A DNA stretch of 58,493 bases, filler included, from Sphacelaria rigidula (GCA_964200075.2; 7 parts of 7 records of this genome joined end to end with filler, not necessarily neighbours in it), one strand, 5' to 3'; counted from the first letter of the whole stretch, positions 36,602 through 50,335 are shown. Notes: a model not told the origin generated them from the sequence alone. Translations and numbers: made by a program.

Positions 36602-39600
36602 CTGTTCGAGCTCCTCATATTCTTGAACAAAAAATTGACTGTGATTTTTTTGCATGTAGCGGAGGAAGTCCCCCAGCAGCTTCTGTACCTGGGTCACCTC
36701 CGTCGGGGTAAGCGCGGATTGAGCCAGCAGCTGTGGCAACCTCACTACCGGGATGGTCGAGGAGCAAAGGAAAACAAATATGTAACAAAAAGATCAGGAG
36801 ATTGCGATTGACAGTCATCAGTCCACATCGGCAGAAATGGGAATTCTGAGAGCGCAAACCTGGGGAACACGCTCAAGATATGACGGACACCCGTGTGTTG
36901 TCCTCCCCTCGAGATCGTTTTTTTCCTGCCGCTCTGACCATGAAGAATAAAACTCAAGGCTCACTTCAGGATGCCTCTCGAGGTTGGAAGCGTTCTTCAC
37001 GGTACCCAGCCACCTTGGAGAAGCACGGTGATGTTGGGTAGTAGCCGACTACCCTGACACTGATTGGTACGAGAACCAGCCACCACGGTAACGTACGGTA
37101 GTTTTGCTTTTACGTGTATCCCTTCAGCGTGTGTCAACACAGGGCTATAAGTTATACCTCGACATTCGTACAACACGAATTGCACTTGGACCTGTTGCTC
37201 CCAAAACTCAAATGTAAGATTAGTCTACCAACATAGGCGAACAATGGCAGCCGGAAGAAGAAAGACGACGAACTAAATCCAGAGCTACGCCGAGCAAGAT
37301 CAACCATTTGTTGAGCGACCAAAAACTGTGAAGGCAAGCTGTCTTTCTCTTTCAGGGAAAAAAATTGAAGTAGAAACTGAAAATTACGTGAATATTAAAA
37401 AAAAAACAGAACTGACAGCACGTCTGTAATCTACAAACTGCTGATAACTAATAACTGATCGTCTAAAAATCAGCGATTAATCAAATAACCTAAGCATGGT
37501 TCATAGAGTGAAGTCAACGGGTATGCCCCCTGCCGCCGCCTTCACTGCAACGATTTTCTCTTTGCACCGAGCTGCCGCTGCTTTGGCGGCATCGGCGGCA
37601 TCGTGGAGGGCTTTATTCATCATCGAAGAAGACACGTCATCAACTAAGATTAAAAACGAAAAAAAACAGAGAAGAGAGAAAAATCCAAAATGGTCTAGTG
37701 TGGGGGGAACCCATCACCCATCCACCAGAAGTTCATCATGTTTTCCTCTGTCCCACTGAGGTAACGTGGTGTTGACTGCAGCGGGGAGTTCACTCTACGT
37801 TACTTTCCAGTTATTGAGCGCAATACATTTGTGCGGTATCTGTTTCGGTGGTGAGGAGAAAGCACAGGAATGCCGATATTTGCTTGGTAATCGTTCAGAC
37901 AGGAGTGGGAGGATATGCTTTGCTCTGTAAAGATCTGGATGGTGACGGGAGACAGCCATTTGCTTGGTAACGGTTTAGGTGGAAATGGGTCATTCTGATC
38001 ATCTTGGAAACGTTACATTTCTCAATTACCGTCGTTACACCGCGGGAAATCAATCCCACGCGGGGAAAATCCCGAAGATGAGCCCTGATGTAGACGAACA
38101 TACCATAATGAGTACATGTTCCCTTTGTAGTCGTCCCCCTGAGTACAGCTATGTTACCTCGAGCACGAACCCGCGCGAGCGCAGTAGGGCAATAGCAGGC
38201 GTTCATACCTAGCCCAAGCGACAACCTAGACCTCCACAGCCCCCCCCCGACTAGGCGTCATCGCCACAGTGCTCCGCCGAAGGATAATCTCACCGAAGAC
38301 GCGTAAGAGGTGCTCGGCTCCATAAATCTCGCTGGCGCTCTTGCCGGGGTGCTTCTCCATCGTAACATCGTGCTGCGCGCGCTCTTGGCGGTACAGCAGC
38401 ATCAATGGTAACGCCTGTCCCCGAACGTGTATGCGATTGGAACGCGGATGTATTTTCAGGGGGATACTCGTAGGCGCACGGATGATCTCGGCTCAACAAC
38501 ATATTCAGGGAGGGTGGCATACAACTAGTCCGAACCCACCCACCCATACAGACTGGTTCACACTTTCGACCCAAAATTCACTAATCAACAAACGCCTTCC
38601 GCGATACCTCTACCCAATTGTCGCGTGCATGGTATCTATCGTACTGATTGTCACGGGCAACTGAAGACGGTGACATAGCCGGATTTTTCTTCAAAACCAT
38701 GGTGGTGGCTCCAAGGGCACAAAGAGGGCAAAAAAATACCTCGATAAATCAGCAGCCTTGGAACTGTTCTGAACGTCAAAATTGCGAATTCCTAACCCAA
38801 TTTCAACATAACCTCCACATGGTCCCACATTACGGTAGCCACGATCAGCTCGGGAACCAAACGGAAATATCAGGGTTGAAAAAGGTTTGCATGGGATAAA
38901 AGTATACCCGAAACCGTGGTGTTTAGGTGAGATGATGTGGGGTTTTGGTGTCGGGTTTCCACTGATGCTCCAACGAGTAGAAGTGAGTTGCTGGAAGTAT
39001 TTCAATCTTTTTCAGCGTGTTACCGGCTCCCGGGGGTCCCCGGATGAAGAGTCCCGGCGTAGTCCAAGGAACATTTGTACGAAGTGTCGTTGCGTAACTC
39101 AAAACACTGGTGCACTGGGATCGTTTTATCGTCAACTGTACCCGAAAAAGTCGATTCAATTCCGAAACGAAGTAGTCAGGATCTTCTACTGTTCAACCCC
39201 ACTCTGTCGCACAAAAGCTCAATGTCCATGCTGATTCTTTGAGTTGACCTCTGAAATTTGCACGCAATTACCACGGGGCATTTCCGGAACTTCCAACGAA
39301 TGGGGTTTGTCGATCCTATTCTTTTTCGCCGGTTTTTGGGGGTCCGAGAATGACATGTTACCCCCCTATGACCCTGGGACCCCCGATATCCCCCGAATAT
39401 ATCGACCTCATTCCTTAATATTTTCAAAATGCCGAACAGAGTGTGAAAATCTCGGGTCGAGAGCGTGAACCAGCCTGTACACGAAATGTGAGGTGGTTCA
39501 ACGCTTTGCTGAGTTGCTTGGGTGCCGGTGCCGGCGCTTTGTTCTCACCTTATCAAAATAGATCCGTACACCATCCATCAACTCTTGCGCACGCGCGGTC

Positions 39601-40586
39601 TGCTGGGGCGTGCCTCGCTTGGCTTTGTTCTCCATGTAGTTGTTCATCACGGCTGCGGCTGTCAGCTCCCGTGGTAGCTTCACGAATCTCCTGTCCTGCG
39701 TGACGCTTTGCCAATCTGTAACCAGCTGCTTCTTGAGTGTAAAAGGCATCATAACTTTCACTTCTGCCACTCCCGTGTCATCCTCCTGCACGCAGTTAAC
39801 GGGCGCGGGAAAATACGTGAGTGGCAAGGACGGAGCCCAGCGCACATGTGAGGGACTACGCTAATAAATGAGATATATGTTATTTTCTGCAGAGTTGGAG
39901 GTTATCCACGATCATCGTGAAAAAGATCATATGATCCTGCGAGCGTATTGGCGAGGCAACTGTTACGCATGGACGGAGCACTTGAGAGAGAACGCGGCAC
40001 ACTAGACCCACCGTGTCCTTTTTGACATCGAGGCGAGCCTTCTTCGCCTTTTGGTCTTCTTTGGGTGCAACCTCCTTTTCCTTCCGCTTAGCCTTCGCCG
40101 CCTGTCCGATCAAAATTGTCACACCAACATGCACAGGGCACCCCCGACAACGGAACTAAACTTTCCACCACAGGCAACGTTTGGATCAGCATCGACATAG
40201 TCCCCGCACGGTGCATGAGGCAAGTACGGAACCCAAATTTGCAGCCACGTGTTGGTAAGCTTGGCCAGGTCGGCAACCTTTGGGCACTCTTCTCGCTGAC
40301 GCGGCGCCTACCAGAAACGAACTTATCTTCCGATTCTGGGTGTCACGGCAACGTTGGTTCGGCACCGCGAAATTACGAAATGCCGAGAGTCCGAGAAACG
40401 ACACTATGCGCAGACCAGACACACCTTGTCCATCTTCTCCTTCTTGAGCTGTTTCTGCATCTCTTCCGCCTGAGGACCCTCTTTCATCAAATCAGACTCG
40501 ATGACCCACTTGTCCCATCGACTGTTCCATCCCATGTAATGCAAAAAGTACGTGTACTGTTCCCCGGAAGGCTTCAACTTGATGAC
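36602..40586 (-). CDS. EAF3: MRG family protein (MRG15/EAF3): chromo-barrel plus MRG domain, both ends missing
   Basis: Phase-consistent exons 40586-40425 (YFLHYMGWNSRWDKWV), 40101-40012, 39785-39549 (PFTLKKQLVTDW...VKLPR...MDGVRIYFDK), 38414-38294 (ALPLMLLYRQER...SEIYGAEHLLRVF), 36744-36602 (VRLPQLL...FLRYMQKN). Confidence 0.95.
38549..39477. mobile_element. Non-autonomous Tc1/mariner-like element in an MRG intron
   Basis: TA|cagactggttcacactttcgaccc ... gggtcgagagcgtgaaccagcctg|TA; relative at 45617-46655. Confidence 0.8.
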
Positions 40587-41680
40587 CTGGCAAGGCATGG
40601 CATGGCATGGCATGGGACAGAAGGACAAACACGACACCGCATCAAAGGCGTAGAGCAGTAGAGCGGACTGCTGACAGGGTAGATAGGTCAGAAATGTACA
40701 CTTTCGTCGGTGATATTGCAGCTTTTTGATGGCAGCACATGACACCATTGCCATCGGCATGTGCTGAACCGCCGCAGACTTGATGACATTTACCGAAGAG
40801 ATCGGAGGGGGGGAGGGGGGAGAGGAGGAGTAACAGCAGAGTTTGGAGAGTTTGAACACAGTATGATGAGTGCCAGGTGTAGGCAATCAACAATGGAACA
40901 CAAACTTCCTGTCATCCTAGAAAGTTGGGATCAAGAATGGCGTGTCACACGGCAATCAAGCGGGAGACTGCCGCGTAGACACGCAGGGCATGGACAGCTG
41001 CGGCGTTTGATTGTACATGGCTAGATCAATCCGCATCATGTGACGGCTGGGAGGTTATACTTGGCCCTGCGCAGTTGACTGTACTGTGCAAGCATGCTGC
41101 ACCTGTTTGGTTTAGCAGTATTTCTACAGCAATCTTTCCTAGCATCTTACGGGCATATCGGTTGATTCTTTGATCGTCGCATATCATCAGAAAGTACGCA
41201 TCCAGCCGTGGTCACCAGATAGACATGCCCAAGGTAAAAAAAAAAAAAACACCGGTTGGAGAAAACTCGAGAGAGGAAATGGATGGAAAAGGCTGCCGTC
41301 CTAGGCGTATCCATGGGTGATATTCTGTGTTTTTTCGTGTTTGTTTCTCAACCTCGACGTAAAATTGAAACGGGCCAATCGAAATTGGGCCGGCTGGAGT
41401 AGTCACGAAAAGGCTCATCACGAACGACTGCATACGCGGTGCACGAGCTTCGTAGAGTGGCAGAAGAGTGGCAGAATGGGGATGGCTTTGCACGCTGCCG
41501 AACGAGCTTTTCAAGTCTCTTCAGGACCCACGGATGGCACCATCACTCGTGTCACTCATATCGCATACAAAACGTGTGTTTGGTGGGGTGGCCTCCGCTG
41601 TGTAACCGGAGATACAATCTGTGATGATACTATATATGCTGTAGTACAAATACTATATACACTTTAGTGCAGATAACATG

Positions 41681-41754
41681 ACAATACTGAAGACTGAAGT
41701 GATCGAGGTGATGTTGTACGGGTGCGCGACCTGGACGATCGCACACGTCAATTT
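41681..41754 (+). mobile_element. LINE (RTE-like) reverse transcriptase fragment at the contig end
   Basis: Translates TILKTEVIEVMLYGCATWTI, resembling the LYGCETW motif C-terminal to LINE RT. Confidence 0.6.
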
Positions 41755-44389
41755 NNNNNNNNNNNNNNNNNNNNNNNNNNNNNNNNNNNNNNNNNNNNTT
41801 AATTAATTAANNNNNNNNNNNNNNNNNNNNNNNNNNNNNNNNNNNNNNNNNNNNGTTCGTGCTTCATAGGGCAAAAAAGCGGCCCATTTTGTGTTTATCC
41901 GGGACAAAGTTGGGCGCCGGTTTTTATGCCGGTTTCGGGCATACAAAGAGAAAGCGGCATAAAATCGATAGTTTTCGTGTACCCTGAAAAAACGGCATAA
42001 AATTGATTTGGCATAAAATAAATGGCATAAAATCGGTTCCACTACTGTACTTCAATTTGCCTCGTCTACTTCGTGAAAGCAATCACACACCGATGCTCGC
42101 TGGATATGTGTGTCTTCTCGTCCTGATCGTAAGGCATGGCCCAACTGAGAGAAATCGAACTTCCCATCACGGTAACATTACATGTGGTAATGAGGTTCCA
42201 TTACTTTTCGTGAGTCTTGACAACCCTCTGTCTGCGACCGATTCTTCCACGGAAGCAGTAGACGCTACGCCCACCACCAACATACCGGGTACACCAACTA
42301 TCGTACTCTCCTAGATTGGTTGACACCTCACGTAATTTGAGTGGTGCCTTACCGACACCTCGCAGAGTTTCATCCTGATTTCCGGAAACTACAGAGGCCA
42401 CCTGAAATTCGACTTGAGCTTCATGATTAGCCTGGGAAGCAAACACTCGGTACCCTTCGTTACGTGTCTTGCAAAAAATAAAACGTGGAGAGAAAGAAGC
42501 AAGCGAGATGGTGTCCTCAGAAGGTTAGGCGGTAATCTAGTGGCATCTCTTCTCTACTTCGGTGCTGCCGATTTATGTTCGCCACCTGCTTTTTTCTGGT
42601 TACTTACTTCCGTGGCTGATTGTCTCTTGGGGTATACGTTCCCTGTGCTCGTATTGGCACGATGAGGTTTACTCATGCCCCCCGTGACCAGTCCATTTTG
42701 CACGTGATGACCCACCCCACTGACCACTACACAATGCACCTTTATGTGGTGGTATATTACAATTATACCTTCGTCTAGCCACTGATCTTCCATCTGTTGT
42801 ACTGCGGCCCTCATGGTAATGCCGGCATGACGGCTTCCTGACCCCCCCTCCCCCCTCCCCTCCCCTTATCTTGTGTCGGTCACTTTGCTCCAGAAAAAAT
42901 CGGAAGCGTGTGAGTGAAGATGTCGACCCTCCTTTCTGCAGACTTGAAGTGGGACAAGTCGTCGACACGCCGGTGTGAATGTGTGCGGCGTTTCGTTCGG
43001 GATGAAAGCATGTCCCTCCACCAACAATGCGTTCGTTGTAACGTGTGTCGAGCTGTTTATTTTCCGGTAGTGTTCACCACTTGGTCGATTAGAACCTTCC
43101 CAGAATTGTATTACTTGATGTGAGTGTAAAAACCGATATCCGGATCTTCGAGCGCGTTTTCGTCAAAATCGGTGCCGGCGCCGTTTTGACATCTGCCAAC
43201 GCCATACTTTGCCTATGAAACGCTTCACACCCACCTCGCCCGAGGGTTCTTGGTATACCTTGGGTTGGGGTTACGGGTAGGGTTGGCGTTATTTGAAAAA
43301 AGATGTTTGCGAGAAATTTGGTTATCGACGAAGTGGTGAACACACCTCAAATTTTCTGTATAAGGCCTTCGCTTCTGTCCATCTGTCCATCTGTCTCTGT
43401 TTCTCTACCCCCTAGTACCCCCATTCCATGAGCTATTATGACTACGGCATGCAAGATCATGGGGACACCCCTTTCTATGAGCTCCCACCCAGTCCCGTGA
43501 TCAAGGCCTCACGTGATTGAAAACTTTACAGTCATGAATGGATATATTCCAACACCCCCCTCTGTTTTTTTGAAAGTACGTTCTTCCGTTTCATCAATCA
43601 CCCACAGTTCGCGAAAGTTTTGAACTCACGAGCCAACCACTTCAGCCACTTGTATGTCTTGACCTGCTTTTGAGTTGGAACAGTGTTCGAGGTGCCTCCC
43701 ATTGTACCTACACTGTTGTGTGTAGCATCTGCATGTCTAGGGTCACGAGTCTCCTCACCACCTGTGCTACTGTCTGCCGCTCCATGGGATATGTGCATGT
43801 TGGCTGTGGCCTGTAAGCCGTCTTCCGCTCTCCCCTAATGGTACAGTTAGAGGTCCTAACACAGTGCGATGGGTTGCCAGCCGGGCATGATCGTATTACA
43901 CTGGTCTAGTGCATGTCTTGATATCAGTATAGAGAGTCGGAATTTTGAGAAATTATATTAAATATACTCTGATTAGACACTTCCTAGTGGTGGGTGGGTA
44001 TAGTAGGAAAGTAGTGAATGAGCCATCCTGGACGGAAGGAGCTGATGAAGTCAAGGTGGAGCTTGTGCGATGAGCTATGCAGTACGATTGCTGCTCGTAT
44101 GTACGGCTTCTTTTTTGTCGAAATCCCACCCTTCGACCGCCTGATTGGCTCATCTGCTCGATTCGGTCATCATCTTTACTCGGACAAAGGACTGCGAAGA
44201 CCCGGATAACCCATCCCGGGCGATCACAGAGTTGTGGGAAACATGACAGCCTTCTCAAGAAAGAAACGACCCCGTACCCTCCCACTCCCTCAGCCTCGAT
44301 TTTCGTTCTCAACACATACCAGGTACGCCCCACCCGGAGGACAATCCTCAATCTCTTTGGGAGACTATGTTACCCCCACACCGACAAAG

Positions 44390-47300
44390 CAACCCAGAGC
44401 TGCGAACGGAAGCGCCGGCAGCCATGGCATGGCGTCGCCCTCAGGCAAGGCCTCGCCAACTGGCAGGGGATCGCCCCTGGCATCGCCTAAGCACGGCGTC
44501 GCTGCGTCCCCCGGTGTCGCCGCGGCGTTGGCTGCTATGGGGGTTCACGTTGGTGTGGCGGTGTGCGAGGCGTCTGGTCTGAAGGCTGCTACGGTTGCTG
44601 CTCTGCAGAAGATGGGTGAGTGAAGTTCACGGGAGCATGTGTGTTGAATATTTCACACCCGAGACATGATGTCAAACTGTCAGGAAGTGTACTACGTACA
44701 GTATCGACTATGGCGTGTAATAGACAACGGGTTCCATACCGTTGGATCCCCGGCTGTACGGAATGAGTTGATGTAACGCAGTGGAGCAATCCAGTAGTAC
44801 ATGTCGTGAGAGCGTGGCAGCCCCAAGCGCTGCGGAAGCCCGTCACCTCGGCGATCCGTCTCCGCCCGTCTCGCCTGTTTTTTCACGCTAAATGAAGCAC
44901 GCAACCGCCCCGACTGCAGGAAGCCTGTCACCTCGGCGATCCGTCTCCGCCCGTCTCGCCTGTTTTTTCACGCTAAATGAAGGACGCAACCGCCCCGACT
45001 GCAAACACCGAAGTGGCCATGATCTTTCCGATGAGAAAAATCGATGTATACTGTCACTCATGGTGAACTGTCGCGTGTTGCCGCGAGCAAGGAAGATTGA
45101 AATTCGCTTCTTCCAAGAAGCACTGGCTCAACATTTTGCCTCATCTGCGGAGAAAACATGAAGACTTCATCGATGAAATGATGATAATACTCAGTACTAC
45201 TGTCTTCGGTTGGGCGGGAACAGCTTAACGCCCGTTGACTCCATGCTGAACAAATGACGTCGTTTGCAGGTGCGAAGGCCACGGTGTACGAGGTGGCGGA
45301 TCCTATGCAGCTGCCTTTCGCGGCCAAGTGCCTGGTAGCCAACGCTCAAGTGTCGGTGGTGGTGGCAATGGGGTTTCTGGTACAGGACTCTCATTGGTGC
45401 TCGAAGGAGGTGAGCTGACGCAACCGGCTTCGTTCGTTCAACGGTACTGCTGCTTCGAGTAGATCATGATTCATATGGTGAAGCAGGGATACCTGCCCCA
45501 AGGGGACCTTTCTGCTGACGTTATTACTATAGGTGTTGTTGTCGTTGGTGGTGGTGTAGCTTCTTGCTGCCGCTGCTGCTTGCTCCTCTTCTCGTTGTTG
45601 GTATGTTGATGAATTGTAGGCTGGTTCACATTTTCGACCCAAAGTTTACTCACCCGCTAATGCCCACGCCTTTTGTTGGAGCTAGACCCTGATAATTTGC
45701 ACACGTATACTGTGGGGCATTTCGGCACTAGTCAAAGTGAGGTCTCTCGTTAATAAAAAATCACCGATTGTCGGGGGGTACCAGGATCCTGCGGAAATCC
45801 GACGAGAATGAACTTTTTTTTTCAATCGTTGAAGGTTCCGAAGTGCCCCTTAGTGTTGAATGTGCATTTTTTCAGAGTCCAACTCCAAGACCTGGCGCGA
45901 GGATTTGGGCAATTGTGTGAGGATGTAGGCTTGAAGTACAGACTCCCAACTACTAGGTTTCAGTATTGAAAACACTCGGTCGAGTACGTTCGACGTCAAG
46001 ATCACCCCAGTCCATCAGTTTCATATCTGTTACTCGATGATATTTCGTACCGTACAGATGTCCCTTGGACTACGCCGGAACGCATTTTTTTAACAGAAGC
46101 ATCACGTACTCGGCTTCTAGGGGCTCACGCGGGGACCCCCGGTACCCGATAAAGAACCAAGAACCGTTGAAGCATATTCAACAATTCATCTTTTCCTTTT
46201 GGAGCACCGGTACCTACCGAACCGCCAAGTGTTGAGGTGATCGAAGCATTACTACGATATACAGAAGAAACATCGTCAGAAGCCTTTCTGGGTCTTTGTT
46301 GCGGATCATCATCGGAAATCTGACGTCATAACCCTAAATCACTGAAATGCCACGGTTTTGGGTATAATTTGATCCCATGTTGACCGTTTTCAAAACTGCT
46401 TTTTCCGGCAGGTCCCCAAGCTGATGACGGTTACTAATTCGAAGTTGAAACAATTTCAAGGCCGTTGATTGATCGAGGTACATTTCGCTTTTTTTTCGCC
46501 CCTAGCGCACTACTATGGTCCTAAACAATAGTCTGGTTATGTCATCCTCTACAGTGATCCATGGCGGTCAGTATGATACCAGGCATGCGACTACTGGGTA
46601 GGTACCCGCGGAAGGCATTTGCTGACTGGATTAGACGAAAGCGTGAACCAGCCTGTAACGTTTTGTATCTGAGAGCAGTGACCTCTTATAAGTACCAGTT
46701 GTCGCTTTATAAGTGGTACAAGACCCGTCGGTTTGAAGCTTGAAGTGTTTCGCCCTCCTGGGCGTTACTCCGGGACGATGGTGGGACCCCCTTTGTGAGA
46801 ACGATGGAGCATGGGCTGTTTGATCGTGTGCAGTCGCCTCCCCGCCCTCCACTTCACGTGTTGACGAGAGACTTCTACTTCCATTAACGGAACATATACA
46901 AACGAGCGTGGATATTGGTCTTTTCCCATGCCTCTGCAGTCATGAGATTGCCGAGCACCCTCTGGAGAAGGAGGGGTAGGTACTCATGAATGTCTCTGCA
47001 ATCATGCGATAGCCGGGCACCCTCTGGGGGAGGGCAGGCGGTACTACTCATCATTCCAGAGAGGGCGAGACAGGTGGAAGCGTTCACACCGTGGACACTT
47101 CATGTGGTCAAGAGTTGCAATAGACACAGTGTACTGCGTAAAGTATGGGCTTATCGCAACTATTGTCGGCACGCTCCCACACCGTGCACGATGTATGGTC
47201 AAAAGTTGCAATACATTCCTAATGTACTGCTTGAAGGATAGGCCTACTGCAACTACTGAGCATATTCTCTCCACGGCGTGGGAGCGTTCGTGCATAAAGG

Positions 47301-49272
47301 TCATCCAGTTACTGCTGTGGATGCGACGATAATCAAAACCCGATTGGGGGACGAGATGCCGCCAGCTGTTGATAATGGAGGCGCATCATGCCCGTCATGA
47401 GCAGAGGAGTGAACCTCCATCAAATACTGTCGTCGACACGCATGAACATGAACAAAGAATCGCGAAACCCATCGCCGGTCCCCGGGGCTGACTCGCAATC
47501 TGCCGGAGCAGCGGCAACGCGCACGCCTCTGTACCGACTCTGCCGGAGGGCGACTGATATCGGTCGCAACATGTGTGGAGTATGACGTGCTGTCGTGCGA
47601 ATGTTCCAAGGCAGCCGCCAACGGACTGTCAATCAAGCTTTAATCATCCGTCAGCATTGGCAGATGGGTCACTGAGCACACATGGCCGAAATCGGCATCG
47701 GCGTTGTGAGCAAGAGAGAAGAGGTTTCGATCGAAGGGTATCTTATAAAGCTCGAAAATGGTACCAGTTAAAACTGGCAATTATCATTATAATGGTAATA
47801 ATTATATGGAAAAAAATGGATAATATATAGTTTTGAACCATTATTTACCGTTACCGGCTTCGTATGCTACATACAGTCCTCGAACATTGGCCCATATTTC
47901 ACGTATCTTGAAGTGTAGTAGTAAAAACGTGCCTCCGGCGGGGCCTCCTCCGCTGAGGGGAACTTTTTGGCTCGCGGCTGCGCCGCTCGATGACCAAACC
48001 GTCATGTACCAGTTAACTGGTTAATGTGTGCGCTACGCGTAACCATTCAACTGGTTGATGGTTAGACAAACTATTTCCGAGCACTGTTGTATTCCCTTTC
48101 GAGGCGATTTTGTTGTTATTCATGTCTCGACTCTACAGCAACTGTTGCCTTGAGCCGGTCAGGAATGTCGTGTTTCGCCTGGGGTTTGCCCCATCTCCGC
48201 GTTGACGTCCTGCACTCGATGAAGGAATCGATTTTACCCCTCGACTCCATCCCTCCCGTTGTACATTTTTTTTCACTCTCCGGTTCCCAGGTTGCGGGAG
48301 CTTTGGTAAAGACTCTGCTGGAGCTGTCCCTGGCGATGCAGGTCCCCATCATTAACGGTCTGGTCTTCTCCCGAGGATCAGCCGGCGACTTGAACGCTTT
48401 GAGCTGCAAGCTAGCCACAAGTGCCATGGATATGGCCGCCATGAGCGAGGGTGGCAAGGAGTCCTACACCGGTCGGTGCCTGTGCCCAGTGTTCCTTCTC
48501 TTGTGTGTCGAGGAACTCCGCCGTTCCTTGTGTGTGTCCGTGTATGTTTCCAGCTTTGAGGTCTTGTTATTTTGTCCTTTGGGTCCGTCCGAGTTGATAG
48601 TCCGGTCCGGTCCGCTTGTTTAAACGAACCATCCGCTGACTTGGTTCTACTTTCCTCCTGGATCAGTATTTGCGCAGAGGGTATTGGACCCGCTGAAGCC
48701 TTGTCAGAGGGAGTTCCAACACGACACACATATTTTCCCTGCTTTTTTTCCGTCGGGAAATCTTCCCTGCCCTTGGTTAACATTCGTGAAATCCTTTTGA
48801 AAGTCACCGTTCAAAGTCGATTTGACTGGTTCGGCGGCCGTTTCCGACAAGTTGACCTGAATCCAGTTCGAGCCTGTTTCAACTTGGAAGCTGCGGTATT
48901 TGGTTGGATTAATCCCCAACTATCCCTCGGGTGTGTGTCGGGTTCGTTACCGAATCGATCCGTTCTCACACACGTGTACATGTATATATATATATGTTGC
49001 ATGTAACCTCGTATATATCTTGATGCGACTGCAGTTTTTTTCTTGTTCTCATCTTGAACCTTCGGTCGATTTCACGTCTCCACGGTGTTGTGTTGCCCCC
49101 CCTTGCCCTCAGTGTCTCGGGTAGCGGTGCCCGCCAGCCCGTTCGGGAAGGTCGCCCGAAGCCTCAACGCGTCGAGAAAGAATTCCGTGTTCCGAGCTCC
49201 TCAGGACGTGCCCGGTGACCTCAGCTCTCTCATGCTCGGCCTCAGGACGTCTCTAGTTGCGCACGGCGTCAA
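44390..49272 (+). CDS. Lumazine-synthase (DMRL synthase)-fold protein with C-terminal extension, probably entering a calcyphosin-like EF-hand region; 3'-partial
   Basis: Phase-consistent exons 44390 (or ATG 44429)-44615, 45270-45409, 48291-48471, 49113-49272 give ...VHVGVAVCEASGLKAATVAALQKMGAKATVYEVADPMQLPFAAKCLVANAQVSVVVAMGFLVQDSHWCSKEVAGALVKTLLELSLAMQVPIINGLVF...KLATSAMDMAAM...LMLGLRTSLVAHGVK, collinear with RibH motifs (EIPFAAK, IITLG, VPVIFG, SAIEMA). Confidence 0.75.
44834..45003 (+). repeat. Tandem duplication of an 85-bp unit (intronic)
   Basis: ggaagcc(c/t)gtcacctcggcgatccgtc...ccccgactgca present twice. Confidence 0.9.
45617..46655. mobile_element. Non-autonomous Tc1/mariner-like element
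   Basis: taggctggttcacattttcgaccc ... aagcgtgaaccagcctg|TA; interior is the reverse-complement relative of 38549-39477. Confidence 0.75.
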
Positions 49273-49605
49273 GTGAGTAATTTTTCCTGTCAGATTCGGT
49301 GGGTCCGTACCCACAAGAAACCTTTTTTTTCTTGTTGAGAAAAATAATGTGATTTCCGCACTTGTTGAAAAACTACGGTCTTGAAAGTGATGAAGAAAAA
49401 GTAGAGATGAAAGTTGATGCGGTCCGTGGGCATGCCATCTTATGTCGTCGGTGGTATTAAAATTGTCGAAAAGGGATGGTGCTCCACGGGAGAGGTGAGT
49501 GGATCCGTTGCCTTGGAACCACGGTTTTTTGTCCCGATGAAGAGGAATAGTTGCGGAAGATGTCGGAAAGGGTAGTTGCGGCGGTTGCCATAGGAGGTGA
49601 AATTA

Positions 49606-49875
49606 CAAGGGTCGGGCGAATCATTGCTGATTCGAATCACAAAATCTACAATTTGTGAGGCCTGATCGTTCCAAGGAGGGAGAAACGTTGACCGCGGGTC
49701 TAAGAAGTTCCGAAGCAATTTTTGCGCTACTACTACTATTCCACTTGAAGGAAGTGCGCGTACCTCGGGTGGGTGCAACGCTGAAAACAAAGCCCAAGGA
49801 TCAATTCGTACCGTACGAATCATTTACACTCGAATCAGGCAATTCTCAGGCAAATCATCATGTGTGCAACCCTTG
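49606..49875 (+). mobile_element. CAAGGGTCGG-family MITE
   Basis: caagggtcgggcgaatc ... tgtgcaacccttg; collinear with 30951-31209; TSD not clear. Confidence 0.7.
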
Positions 49876-50070
49876 GAATATGACGTTGTCGAGAATTGTA
49901 TTGCGTGCATTATCGACTATTGTGTCTATTGCAATAGATGATAGATTCCATACTGCATGTGCAGATTTTGACAAGTGTACTACTCTATCGCCATTATCCA
50001 GGTGTCGCGAGATTCTTTCCCGAGTCGACTATACAGGAATGATATGTGTTTATATCTAGTACAGCCGGTC

Positions 50071-50124
50071 GCCCCGGTGGCTCAGTTGGTAACCTCGTAA
50101 CCTTCTGGTGGATGAGTTGTGGGG
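50071..50124 (+). mobile_element. tRNA-like head (probable SINE), truncated by the contig end
   Basis: gccccggtggctcagttggta contains a Pol III A-box; no normal anticodon arm follows; the B-box would fall in the gap. Confidence 0.4.
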
Positions 50125-50299
50125 NNNNNNNNNNNNNNNNNNNNNNNNNNNNNNNNNNNNNNNNNNNNTTAATTAATTAANNNNNNNNNNNNNNNNNNNN
50201 NNNNNNNNNNNNNNNNNNNNNNNNCACCGTCCTCCCCCTCCCCACCCTCCCCCTCACAACCCACCCTTTTTTTGCTACGGGGGGGGGGGGGGGGTGCGG

Positions 50300-50335
<36 letters not shown>

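Noticed and set aside
43598-43812. Possible minus-strand exon (...KQVKTYKWLKWLAREFK...)
   Set aside because: No recognisable domain and no phase-compatible partner exons found.
50071-50124. Functional tRNA gene
   Set aside because: Only the acceptor/D-arm-like start is present; no canonical anticodon stem-loop, and the sequence is cut by the gap.
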